Shown here: one piece after another, positions 22,401-31,375 of the stretch
Position numbering within the stretch: the stretch's first letter is position 1
Layout: each line of letters opens with the position of its first letter
Assembly: GCA_013265495.1 (NCBI GenBank)
Contig: MU062841.1
Span: 15,123,200-15,187,199, forward strand
From: Vicugna vicugna
Taxonomy: Eukaryota
Reading direction: 5' to 3'
Length of the DNA stretch: 64,000 bases
Program-made: the position numbers and the translations under genes
The notes under the pieces: generated by a model
The model's input: only the letters and a program-made list of their open reading frames with translations
What the model was told of the DNA's origin: nothing
Database searches by the model: none

Positions 22401-25400
22401 NNNNNNNNNNNNNNNNNNNNNNNNNNNNNNNNNNNNNNNNNNNNNNNNNNNNNNNNNNNNNNNNNNNNNNNNNNNNNNNNNNNNNNNNNNNNNNNNNNNN
22501 NNNNNNNNNNNNNNNNNNNNNNNNNNNNNNNNNNNNNNNACTGGGTCCTTGAGGGTGGGAACCCCGTCTCCTCTTGCTTGGTGTGGCCGTCGGTGCCTGC
22601 TTTGCCCTGGGTCCTGGCAGTCTGTGGAAAGGGGGGGCTCCCACCTCTTCTGGGAGGTAACCGTACGGCCCTTGTCTTACAGGGCTCATACCTGGAAATC
22701 AAGAAGCAGATGGACAAGCTGGACCCCCTGGCGCACCCTCTCCTTCAGTGGTATGGGTAGAATGGTTCATCCTTCGGTGGGCGGGGGAGTGGAGTGCAGT
22801 GCTGGACATGGAGCCCCCACCTTCTGTTAGAGGCAGTTTCAGTGTCCTTCCCAAGGCTGTGGATGTCATGGCTGCTGCTGCTTGGGGTGTTACTGATACA
22901 CCTGGCCTCGACAAGAACTCCGATCCTACAGAGAGCCCACAGATTCTGACATGATGTCTGTCTTGAGTTCTCTTTAGGGATTTCTTGTTTCGCAGTAGGT
23001 TTTTGAGTGCTGCTTGCATGTCGAAGTTAACACTGCCCATTTCAGTTAGGTTTTCTGTGCTCCCAGAGAGGTCTGTCTCCCCTTCTGCTCCTTTTTCCTG
23101 TCTCGGGGAAGTAGCTGATGTTGACTACTCTGTTGACGTTGACTGTCCAGAGCCTTGCAGCACTGTTACTACTCCCTTCTCCTTGCAGAGGCTCTGAGCC
23201 TTCTCCACTGCCCTCCCTCCCTGATCTTGATTTCTGTTCTTTTCCTGACGTAGCTTTCCCCTTGAGCTTACTTCCCTCAGCTAGTTAGCCTTTGACATTA
23301 GTACTTTCTCAGTGCAGCATGCTCCCTCTTAGCATGAGGAATGACCAGGCAGAGACCCTCCAGGCTGGCATCATTAGTACATGAATGATGCGCAAAAAGA
23401 TAAAGCATATTCATTACAAGAGACAATGCTCCCTTGCTGAGCCTTCAAAGGTTTATGCCTTTGTTCTCTCCTGTCCTGAGTTCAGCCTACATGCAGCCCA
23501 GTCTGCTTCTGACTCCTCTGGAAGTTACTTCTGGTTTATTCTGTTTCTTTCTCCAGCCCAAGTGGTAGCTTTCCATCCCTCTGTCTCTGAGAGCCTTCAG
23601 CCTTCTCCTGAGCTCAGCAGGATGACCCCTGAGCCTCAGTTCTCAGTTTGTAATTCCCAGGTGTAAGTTGTCACCATCCTAATTGCAGACCCCACCTTTC
23701 TGATTTACTTGGTGGCTGACCTCTTGTGCTCTTCCTTTTGTTCTGTTCTTTTCTCTCCCTGGATGTAGCAGCCCACCTCCCAGCCTTCTCTTTCTTTTAT
23801 CCATTGTTAACTACCCAATAACTGGCTGGTCTCTGGTCAGTAACTTTGCTTTTACGTTTTTATACACAAACATTATTAGCCATAGGAATATCCAGATAGT
23901 GATGTGGACACACAATTCAGATAGCTCTGGAATCCTTGCCCCTTCTCCCAGGGGCAGAAGAAGGCTGCTGCTTTGTTCAGGGTGGCCTGAGCACACACTT
24001 ACTTTGTCTTCTGTTTGGTTTTGTTTTTTCTCTGTTTTGTCCCAGGATCATCTCTAGCAACAGGTCACACATTGTCAAACTACCTCTCAGCAGGGTAAGT
24101 GACCTTTCTCCCTCTGAACTCTTTAAATTTCTGATGAAGTGCAGGGAGGTCTCCAGACGAGCTAACCACATTGGTCCTGGGCCTGCCTGTTGGGCTTGTC
24201 CGTCAGCAGTGGTCTTTGACCCTAAGCGCATTCCCTTTTCTTCGGGGTTAGTAGAAACCTGATTTGCTCCCTATCCCCAACCCTTCCCTCCCTGATCTCG
24301 GTTTCTGCTCTGTTNNNNNNNNNNNNNNNNNNNNNNNNNNNNNNNNNNNNNNNNNNNNNNNNNNNNNNNNNNNNNNNNNNNNNNNNNNNNNNNNNNNNNN
24401 NNNNNNNNNNNNNNNNNNNNNNNNNNNNNNNNNNNNNNNNNNNNNNTGCCTTCCAGTGAGGAGGAGTGGGGCTGGGCGTGGGTGTGGGATGAGGCAGCAA
24501 GCAGTGGAGGGGGACGGGAGGGCCAGTTTACTTGAGGAGTATGAGTTTGTGTTACCTGTGTGCATCAGCCAGTCAGTCAGCAAATGTTTATTAAATGCTG
24601 TTGTGTTAAGTGCTGTAGAGGATAAAGGTACATAAGATATGATGGTCTCTACTCTCAAGCTACCTACGGTGTAGTTGAGAAGAAATTATATTTGCATATA
24701 AAAAGATGTGGTTGAAGGAAGGGATTGGCAGGGATAGATCTGAAAGCTACTTTGAAGGAAATCAGCAATTTACACCTAATTGTGGGAGGAGAGAGAGAAA
24801 AAAGACATTAAAGGTAACTTAAAGAGAGTTGTTTGTACCCTTTCCTTAAAATAGAAGTGGACGCATGACTGGAAGCCATATGTGGACTCAGTGCTAAGCT
24901 TGTTGAGTTCGAGATGAATGTGTTTAATTTGAAATATCAGGATAATAGGCGGATGAAAATACTGACCTGGCAGCTCAGGATTTGGGATGGGGCTAGCTAA
25001 AGTGCCGAAGAGAAGATGGGACTGGGTGTGAAGGTGTAGGGTTAGCCATGCACACACACCTCGCACGCCTGTGGCTGTTCACGTGCATGTCCATCGCTAG
25101 GTGTGTCTGTGTCCATCTTCATGTTCTGTGTGGGTGACGGTGGGAGTGGCGCTCTTGGAAATGCTCCTGGGACCCTCATTCCACGAGGAGACATNNNNNN
25201 NNNNNNNNNNNNNNNNNNNNNNNNNNNNNNNNNNNNNNNNNNNNNNNNNNNNNNNNNNNNNNNNNNNNNNNNNNNNNNNNNNNNNNNNNNNNNNNNNNNN
25301 NNNNNNNNNNNNNNNNNNNNNNNNNNNNNNNNNNNNNNNNNNNNNNNNNNNGTCTGCCTTAGAGTACTCAGCTGTTTTTGCCTCACCATTCTCAGCCCTA

Positions 25401-28400
25401 GCCGCCTGTGAGGCTTCCCCAGGGAGGAAGTTGAGGCTGTACGGCAGAGTGAGTGTGGCTGTTGTACATTTGACCGTAGGCTGTGTGTGTTGCTGTTTTT
25501 AGGCATAGGAATGTAGCTGCAGGCAGGGATAGGGGTTGCTGGTTGCAGCCACCTGATCAGTTAACCTGTTAGAGCTCTTCAGTTTATGTGCCATTCATGC
25601 AGAGAGTAGATACAGGAGACTTCTTTGCCCCGCAAGGCTCCAAGGAGTGGTTATTATCCCTCCTCCTGGCTTCCTGGTCTGTGTGCCTGCTTTGGGGGCG
25701 ACTCGGCATATGCACCAAGGTGTAAGGACACGGGCATGGAGTCTGCGCGGCTGACTCACTGGCTCTGGCACGTCTCTCCAGTGCATCAGTATCTAGTACT
25801 CATAGGCCGAGGGGTTAACCTGCGCCCACTTTTCAGCCAGTCAGCTTTTCAAGAGTAGGTGCTTAAAGTTATCTGAATGAGTGAGAGGATGAGATGGAGG
25901 GACAGAGGGCTGCGGAAGCCTTGTGGCTGCCTAGTGCACAGCCGTGGGAGGGCCCAGGCTCACCTTGCTCACCCTGGTGTTTCCCTGCAAGCTGCATGGA
26001 GCAGCCTATGGCAAAGGCATCTACCTGAGCCCCATCTCCAGTATTTCCTTTGGATACTCAGGTAAGAAATAATCTTTGGCCGCCCTGAGTCTGTTTACAT
26101 TGCATCCGTTTTGTGAATACGTAATCCTGTGCTGCCTCCTCCTCCGTTGTGGACACTTGGTCTGTGTCAGCTCTCCCCACAGTCATGGGCAAATAATCTT
26201 TCTCTACTTTCTCTCACTAGAAAGTTAGATTCTTCGCAGGGTGAGGCCAACTGTAACCCTTTCTCTTCGGTACCCTCTTCTCAGGGGGGTGGTTTTGTTC
26301 ACTGTGTGGGCTTGGCCCTGGGGGTGGGCTAGGGGGTGACTGGAGGTGGCACTAGGCTCTTCGGAGAACGCGTTGTTGGCGCTGGGGCAGTAGCCTGCCA
26401 TTACAGGTGGCGTGCGCATGTGCAGGGGGTTTATGTGTGAGCCCGAGTCCCTTCCGCTGGCTCACGTTTCTGGAGACATTGTTCTCCCTGTCAACCAGCT
26501 TTGAAAATTTAAACTGTCTATAATTACACACTATTGTGTTAGTCACATTGAATGCAAGACAAAGTATTTTATTCCAAAGGCATGAGTGAGGTCCACATTC
26601 TAGTCAGGAGATGGGTCCAGCTTTGTCCAGCTCAGAAACGAGTGTGCCTTAGAGCTCTCTCAGTGACCCAGGGTCATGTCGTGGCTCCTTTTCCGTCTTG
26701 TTCTTGTTCTGTGTAGTCTCTGTGTAAAAGGTAGCCACCGTGTGGTTGCGTGTCTACCATGTGATGGGGCCACTGCTAGATTCTCACAGTGGATTATTAC
26801 TCAGCAATGAAAATGAACCAACAGTGGCATTCAGTAGCATGGAAAAATCTTAGTACTAGTTGAGTGAGAAAAGGCAGGTGCAGAGGACTACTGCTCAGAA
26901 GTGACTACTTGAAAGAGGACTACTGCTGTGTGACGCTTTTGTTGCACTGCTCAGAAGTGAACAAACTTAAAACTATTTAGGGGTGGATGTGTGTGTGTGA
27001 TAAAACTAAAGAATAAAGAAGAAGAAGAAAGGACCCAAATTTCAGGATAGTGGCTGCCTCCCAAGTGGAGGCAGATAGCTGGGATAGGGTTAGGAGCACT
27101 TAGATGCAAGTCACTGGTGATGTTTTAGTTCTTGGATTTAGTCCCCGGGTTAGGTCTGTAGGTATTCATTGTCCTATTCAATAAATGATAATGTGTCGTG
27201 AGCCAAAAGTTATGATTAACCCACACAGGGTGAGTGCCCAGTCCACATTTGTTGCATTTGTGGATGAGTTTTACTCTGTGCGCCTGGGGCCTGGAGTGGG
27301 GCTGGGGTCGGGGCGGTCTTTTTGGCTTCGTCTGGGCTCCGCGGTGTGTATCTTCTTCCTGGTCTGAGATCCCCTCTAATTAATATCCCACTGCTTGCTA
27401 AGTAGTGAGACGCTTGGCTCCCAGCGCCCACACAGTTCTTTCTTCTTGTCTGTCCCCCGATTGCTCCCTCTCCTCTCCCGCTGCCCTTGGTTATCAGACT
27501 GCCAGGGTGCCTTTAGTTATCAGTCGGAGCCAGGGATCTCTATTGATTTCTTAACTTTCTTCTTCATGTACTGGTTACATAAAAACGTAATACAGCACCA
27601 TCCTTCTCCCTCTCCAAAGGTCGATTTGATTCTAGTTACAGAACACCATATACTTTTACTCTTGGAGTTATAGGTCATCTTGTCCAGTCTCTTGTTACTG
27701 TCCAGATTAGAAAGCAGATACACAGAAAATTTAAGTGACTTTCTTGAGGTCACACAGCTCTAAGTAGCAGAGCTAGGACTGGAATCCAGCTCTCAATTTC
27801 TGGGCCAGTGTTCTTATCACTATATTGGACTGACAAGGTAGGCTTTGCTTGAATGACTGAGTCTCTGAGGGCCCCGTAGGTACGTGAGTCTGTCGCTGGG
27901 TGGGATGCGTGTAAATGTTCAGCTGATTTTAGTTACTCTGGCATCTGGCCAACTTTGTGTTCACTGTATGTTTCCTTCCACCCTTTTCTGCTCTGATTTT
28001 CTCTGTTCTTCCTCTGGGTATCCATACTCCAGAGGCATGGTGTGCCCCTGTGGGGCAGGGTAAATAGAGCATCCATTTGACCAGTGGAACCTTTGATGAC
28101 TTGGTCATAGTGTGCAGCTTAAGATGAGGGACAATGGGAAAGGATGCTAAGCACTATCTGTCTGTTTAGTCATATTTAGAAACTTCTTAAAAGTATATAC
28201 TCTGGACACAAAGCATCCAGGGACTATTCTGGCCTCCAGGTTCTCAGGTTCTGCTCTCAGGAAACTGACAGAAGATGGCTGGGTCAATAGGGACAGGATT
28301 GTATACAACAGGACTGGGATGGGGGAAGGTTTGGATTATGTCATAAGGGCCGTATCTAAGACCAGCCATAGAAATCAGATTGTTCTCTCCCATCCTCTGG

Positions 28401-31181
28401 GATAGAGCCTAAATGTGCATTTCACTCAGATCCGTGCTCTGCAATACCCAGGCCAAGAAGGTCATGATGTTTGGATGCAGCAGTAAACTTAGTTAAAGCC
28501 AATGGAGAAGTTGGAAACAGAGGGGTGGTGGATGTCCTGTAGGAGGAAGAAATTGACAGTTGAAGTCTTGAGGCGCTCATTGCCCTGAATTTTGTTCAGG
28601 CCATAAATCTGTCAAGGACTCCAGTGAGAGTGCATGATGAATCGACAGCCTGAGCAGTGAAGAATGTCAGTCCATGGTTCTCATCGTTACCTCTATACTG
28701 TGGCTGTCACAAAGCCAGGAGAGAGTTAGTCACAACAGGAAGTTCCAGGGTGGACTGGAGAGATGAGGGCCCTGCTTATGGCCTGCAAGGGTGGCGTCAT
28801 TTCCCGTCCTCATCCATTTCCCTCTCGGTCTCATGTCTCATACACACTTACACCGGCTCATCCCTAACTGTGATAAGGCTGGGCCTGTGATAGAGCTGAA
28901 TACAGAGACTGAAGTCCTGATCATAGGCCAGGAAGAATTGGGAACAGGGGCGCACAAGCACTGTTTCATATCTAAAAAGGAAGAATCCAGAATGTGTCTA
29001 TAAATGTTGTAAACGGGCTTTCATTGAGGGGCATGGATGGCAGAGGATTTGTGGATTTAGACAGGGTGAAAGTGAGGGGACCGGCTCCTCTTCCTCGAGT
29101 CTGGGGAGACCTTCTAAAGGAAGCAGAGCTCTTCAAGGTGGTTGCCATGTCGTTACCTGTGAAGAGTATTCCTCGCTCAGCTGCTGTGCTTTCTCCCTTT
29201 TCTCTGAATGACTGGTCAGAGCCTTGTCTGTCACTTTGAAACTAGAGTAGATCTGACTTTGTTTGCTTCCTCTCCACTCACTTCCCTCAGCCTGGCATTT
29301 GAGCCGAGGTGTTGACGTCACCACTCTCCTGGGCCCCTCGTGCCTGGCTCATTTCATGTGTTACCCCATCTTAAAACCATTCAGTTGTTCCCTGATGTTC
29401 TTAGGATAAACTCCAGTGGCCTTAAGATGGCCTACAAGGCCTGCTTGATCTTAGCCGGAGCGCACCTCTTCCATGTTATCTCACACCACTCCTGTGCCGT
29501 TGGCTGTGCTCCGTACAAGCTGAGGCCCTGCTCTGTCTCTCCTCCAGGCCTTTCATATGCTATTACCTCTGCCTAGAACACTCCCCTTCTTCGTTTAACT
29601 GACTCTTCCTAATCCCGCAGTTCTCAGCCCAGCTGTCACCAGGAAGCCTTCGTCAGATCCCTGGGCTAGGCTGGGTCCCCTCCTCTGGCTCACAGAGTGC
29701 GCCCTCACCATGCTGTGTTGCAATTATCTGTTCCTGCTCTGTCATCTCCGTCAGACTGAATCCTGCGAGGGCGGATACAGTGTTTGTTCTATTCCTGCTG
29801 TATCACCAAGTGTCTGTAGCTCAGTGCTTGGCACGTAGTAGGCATTTCAGTAGGTGTTGGCTTAAGGAATGGGCTTATGAACTGGCTTCTTGTTCTGTGA
29901 CAGGAATGGGAAAAGGACAGCACAGGATGCCCTCCAAGGACGAGCTGGTCCAGAGATACAACAGAATGAATACCATCCCCCAGGTATTATTAGTTGCCCT
30001 TGCTCCCCCCAGGTGGGACCCCTCCTCTGGGGTAAGTGGAGGCTGCAGAGCCGGATGGGGAAACAGTGGTGGGGGCGGGGGATGGGTGGGTTAAAGATCG
30101 TTTGAAGGAATCAGGTATGTTCTAAGATGAACAAATTTCCAGAGTCATTTGTGGCCTCAGTCATAACTATGAAAGCAGAGACTGAGTTTAAATGCAGTGA
30201 CATGAAAATGTGAAGATGGAAGCCTGGACTCACCCAGACTGATTATGGAAAAACCAACATTTCAGGGGATGGCTGGGAGCTCAGGATATCCCTGTCCCCA
30301 CCCCAGCCACTGCCAGCCGGCCGGCCTCTCTAGGGCAGGTCGTAACAGTTCACCTGGCTCTGCTTTCCTCTTCCAGACCCGATCCATTCAGTCACGGTTC
30401 CTGCAGAGTCGGAATCTGAACTGCATAGCACTTTGTGAAGGTAGGTGGCTCACCTGGTCCCTGTTTTTCTGGGTCCCTGGTCTTTATTTCTGGTGCAGCT
30501 TTGGCACTTGATCCTGCTAATGGTGATGTTGAAGCATCATGTCGTCCCTCCCCTGCCTGGATCCTGTGACCTAAGCATTATACCTGTAACTTCTGGTCCT
30601 CTTCTTCCCAGTGATTACATCTAAGGACCTCCAGAAGCATGGGAACATCTGGGTGTGCCCTGTCTCCGACCATGTCTGCACACGGTTCTTCTTTGTGTAA
30701 GTCTAGGAAGGTACCTTGGAGACTACTTGGAGGAGTGAGGGTGGGAGCATGATGATGTGTGACTATGAGGAAAGTCCTTTTCTGTTACCGGAGACTTGTC
30801 CCTGGCTGCCTGAGGGGAGCTGGCACTGGGACGTTCCCCTTGGAGGACAGGGGTCGGTATAGATCAGTGTCTGTTTGGAGGAAACCAGATAACCTGAATC
30901 TCTTCTACCCTGAAGAGTAGCTAGAAAGGGTTTTGACTTCTGGGCCAGGGTGGCCGCAGGTCCAAACGCAGTTGCCTTGGGTGACGTTATGCTGCTATTG
31001 TTCTCCCTCTTACGCTCNNNNNNNNNNNNNNNNNNNNNNNNNNNNNNNNNNNNNNNNNNNNNNNNNNNNNNNNNNNNNNNNNNNNNNNNNNNNNNNNNNN
31101 NNNNNNNNNNNNNNNNNNNNNNNNNNNNNNNNNNNNNNNNNNNNNNNNNNNNNNNNNNNNNNNNNNNNNNNNNNNNNNNNN
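10436..31181 (+). CDS. PARP6: Protein mono-ADP-ribosyltransferase PARP6 (multi-exon CDS; end lies inside the N-run 31018-31181)
   Basis: Visible exons join in phase: 10436-10438, 11101-11178, 11911-12005, 12442-12502, 12740-12830, 13275-13341, 15850-15999, 16905-(gap), 17649-17702, 19040-19135, 19439-19531, 20157-20282, 21695-21760, 22683-22750, 24046-24094, (gap), (gap), 25992-26061, 29904-29983, 30377-30440, 30612-30696, (gap). Translation matches remembered human PARP6; with the missing segments the total is 1893 nt. Confidence 0.95.
11101..11178 (+). CDS. PARP6: PARP6 coding exon DIKGQFWNDDDSEGDNESEEFLYGVQ
   Basis: AG/GT flanks, phase 0-0, 78 nt. Confidence 0.95.
11911..12005 (+). CDS. 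PARP6: PARP6 coding exon GSCAADLYRHPQLDADIEAVKEIYSENSVSIR
   Basis: AG/GT flanks, phase 0-2, 95 nt. Confidence 0.95.
12442..12502 (+). CDS. PARP6: PARP6 coding exon EYGTIDDVDIDLHVNVSFLD
   Basis: AG/GT flanks, phase 2-0, 61 nt. Confidence 0.95.
12740..12830 (+). CDS. PARP6: PARP6 coding exon EEVSTAWKVLRTEPIVLRLRFSLSQYLDGP
   Basis: AG/GT flanks, phase 0-1, 91 nt. Confidence 0.95.
13275..13341 (+). CDS. PARP6: PARP6 coding exon EPSIEVFQPSNKEGFGLGLQLKK
   Basis: AG/GT flanks, phase 1-2, 67 nt. Confidence 0.95.
13680..15390 (-). mobile_element. Long L2 LINE fragment filling most of a PARP6 intron
   Basis: Starts with the reverse-complement L2 tail (tttatttaatgtgttgagcacc); contains ggcagtgggagcattgaagggttctagccagagaaaggacatggtcagatttagttttg and other purine-rich L2 motifs. 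Confidence 0.8.
15850..15999 (+). CDS. PARP6: PARP6 coding exon ILGMFTSQQWKHLSNDFLKTQQEKRHSWFKASGTIKKFRAGLSIFSPIPK
   Basis: AG/GT flanks, phase 2-2, 150 nt. Confidence 0.95.
16562..16621. repeat. Compound microsatellite (CA)n-(TACG)n-(CA)n
   Basis: tacacacacacacataagcatgtgtacgtacgtacgtacgtatacacacacacacacaca read directly. Confidence 0.9.
16905..17019 (+). CDS. PARP6: PARP6 coding exon SPSFPVIQDSMLKGKLGVPELRVGRLMNRSISCTMKNP (3' part lost in N-run)
   Basis: Acceptor ctcttcag| at 16904; the frame runs into Ns at 17020. Confidence 0.9.
17649..17702 (+). CDS. PARP6: PARP6 coding exon VSGHCKNIPTLEYGFLVQ
   Basis: AG/GT flanks, phase 0-0, 54 nt. Confidence 0.95.
18100..18470 (+). mobile_element. 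L2 LINE 3' end
   Basis: Ends gctaggtacacagtaggcatttagtaaatctgcgttaagtgaatgaataaaa, the L2 tail. Confidence 0.7.
19040..19135 (+). CDS. PARP6: PARP6 coding exon IMKYAEQRIPTLNEYCVVCDEQHVFQNGSMLK
   Basis: AG/GT flanks, 96 nt; CVVCD belongs to the Cys-rich region shared by PARP6/PARP8. Confidence 0.95.
19439..19531 (+). CDS. PARP6: PARP6 coding exon PAVCTRELCVFSFYTLGVMSGAAEEVATGAE
   Basis: AG/GT flanks, 93 nt. Confidence 0.95.
19630..19970 (+). mobile_element. Old L1 (L1ME-like) 3' region
   Basis: aaggatgttcactgtagtattgtttataatag; ggaaataccatatagctg; aaacttagcagtagttacctgtgagg. Confidence 0.65.
20157..20282 (+). CDS. PARP6: PARP6 coding exon VVDLLVAMCRAALESPRKSIIFEPYPSVVDPTDPKTLAFNPK
   Basis: Acceptor cctaag|, donor AAG|GTATAG, 126 nt. 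Confidence 0.95.
20530..20705 (+). mobile_element. MIR SINE interrupted by an LTR
   Basis: ggcaagtcactcagcctttctgaaccttaaatttcttatctataaaaaggggataata is the MIR core. Confidence 0.75.
20708..21181 (-). mobile_element. MLT2B-like ERVL solo LTR
   Basis: Begins ggttagggttctccagagaaacaaccaatag, contains aaggaattggctcgtgtgatt, ends aaaattaaccatcaca (reverse complement of the MLT2 start TGTGATGGTTAATTTT). Confidence 0.85.
21243..21390 (-). mobile_element. Camelid Vic-1-like SINE
   Basis: ggaggtactgggggttgaaccaggacctccgtgcatgccaggcacacgctctacccctgagctatgccctcc with a (TTGG)n tail. Confidence 0.85.
21695..21760 (+). CDS. PARP6: PARP6 coding exon KKNYERLQKALDSVMSIREMTQ
   Basis: Acceptor cccacag|aagaag, donor CAG|GTATTC, 66 nt. 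Confidence 0.95.
22683..22750 (+). CDS. PARP6: PARP6 coding exon GSYLEIKKQMDKLDPLAHPLLQW
   Basis: AG/GT flanks, phase 0-2, 68 nt. Confidence 0.95.
24046..24094 (+). CDS. PARP6: PARP6 coding exon IISSNRSHIVKLPLSR
   Basis: AG/GT flanks, phase 2-0, 49 nt. Confidence 0.95.
24570..24720 (-). mobile_element. L2 LINE 3' end
   Basis: cagtcagtcagcaaatgtttattaaatgc...gtgctgtagaggata...gtctctactctcaag. Confidence 0.65.
25992..26061 (+). CDS. PARP6: PARP6 catalytic-domain exon LHGAAYGKGIYLSPISSISFGYS
   Basis: Contains the ART-family YGKGIYLS motif; acceptor ctgcaag|, donor CAG|GTAAGA, 70 nt. Confidence 0.95.
26770..27185 (+). mobile_element. Old L1 (L1MC/MD-like) 3' UTR
   Basis: gtggattattactcagcaatgaaaatgaac; agttgagtgagaaaaggcaggtgcagaggactac; aaatttcaggatagtggctgcctc; tgatgttttagttcttg. 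Confidence 0.7.
27690..27825 (-). mobile_element. MIR SINE
   Basis: ttaagtgactttcttgaggtcacacagctctaagtagcagagctaggactggaatccag. Confidence 0.75.
29340..29870 (+). mobile_element. L2 LINE 3' end
   Basis: ttaaaaccattcagttgttccc...ggcctacaaggccc-like...ctagaacactcccc...ggcacgtagtaggcatttcagtaggtgttg; ends about 35 nt before the next acceptor. Confidence 0.8.
29904..29983 (+). CDS. PARP6: PARP6 coding exon GMGKGQHRMPSKDELVQRYNRMNTIPQ
   Basis: AG/GT flanks, phase 1-0, 80 nt. Confidence 0.95.
30377..30440 (+). CDS. PARP6: PARP6 coding exon TRSIQSRFLQSRNLNCIALCE
   Basis: AG/GT flanks, phase 0-1, 64 nt. Confidence 0.95.
30612..30696 (+). CDS. PARP6: PARP6 coding exon VITSKDLQKHGNIWVCPVSDHVCTRFFFV
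   Basis: AG/GT flanks, phase 1-2, 85 nt. Confidence 0.95.
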
Positions 31182-31361
31182 AAAGGGCTCAGGAGCAGCA
31201 GATGAGGCTGCCCTGAGGAATCAAGGGGCCGTCCCCAAAGGGCAGGAGAAGGATGGAAGAGGCGGCCTCGGTGGAGACTGACCCAGGAACCACTCCACAT
31301 TCGGATGGCCCAGGCTGACTCCCTACCCCTGGCTTTCCCAGTTGACTTCACCCTGTTTGTA

Positions 31362-31375
31362 AATAAAACAATAAA
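31362..31375 (+). terminator. PARP6: PARP6 polyadenylation signals (tandem AATAAA)
   Basis: AATAAA at 31362-31367 and 31370-31375, about 180 nt after the gap holding the last exon; GT-rich sequence follows. Confidence 0.8.

Noticed and set aside
24315-31181. PARP6 pseudogenisation or loss of catalytic exons
   Set aside because: The missing segments coincide with N-runs large enough to hold them; all visible exons have intact frames and splice sites.
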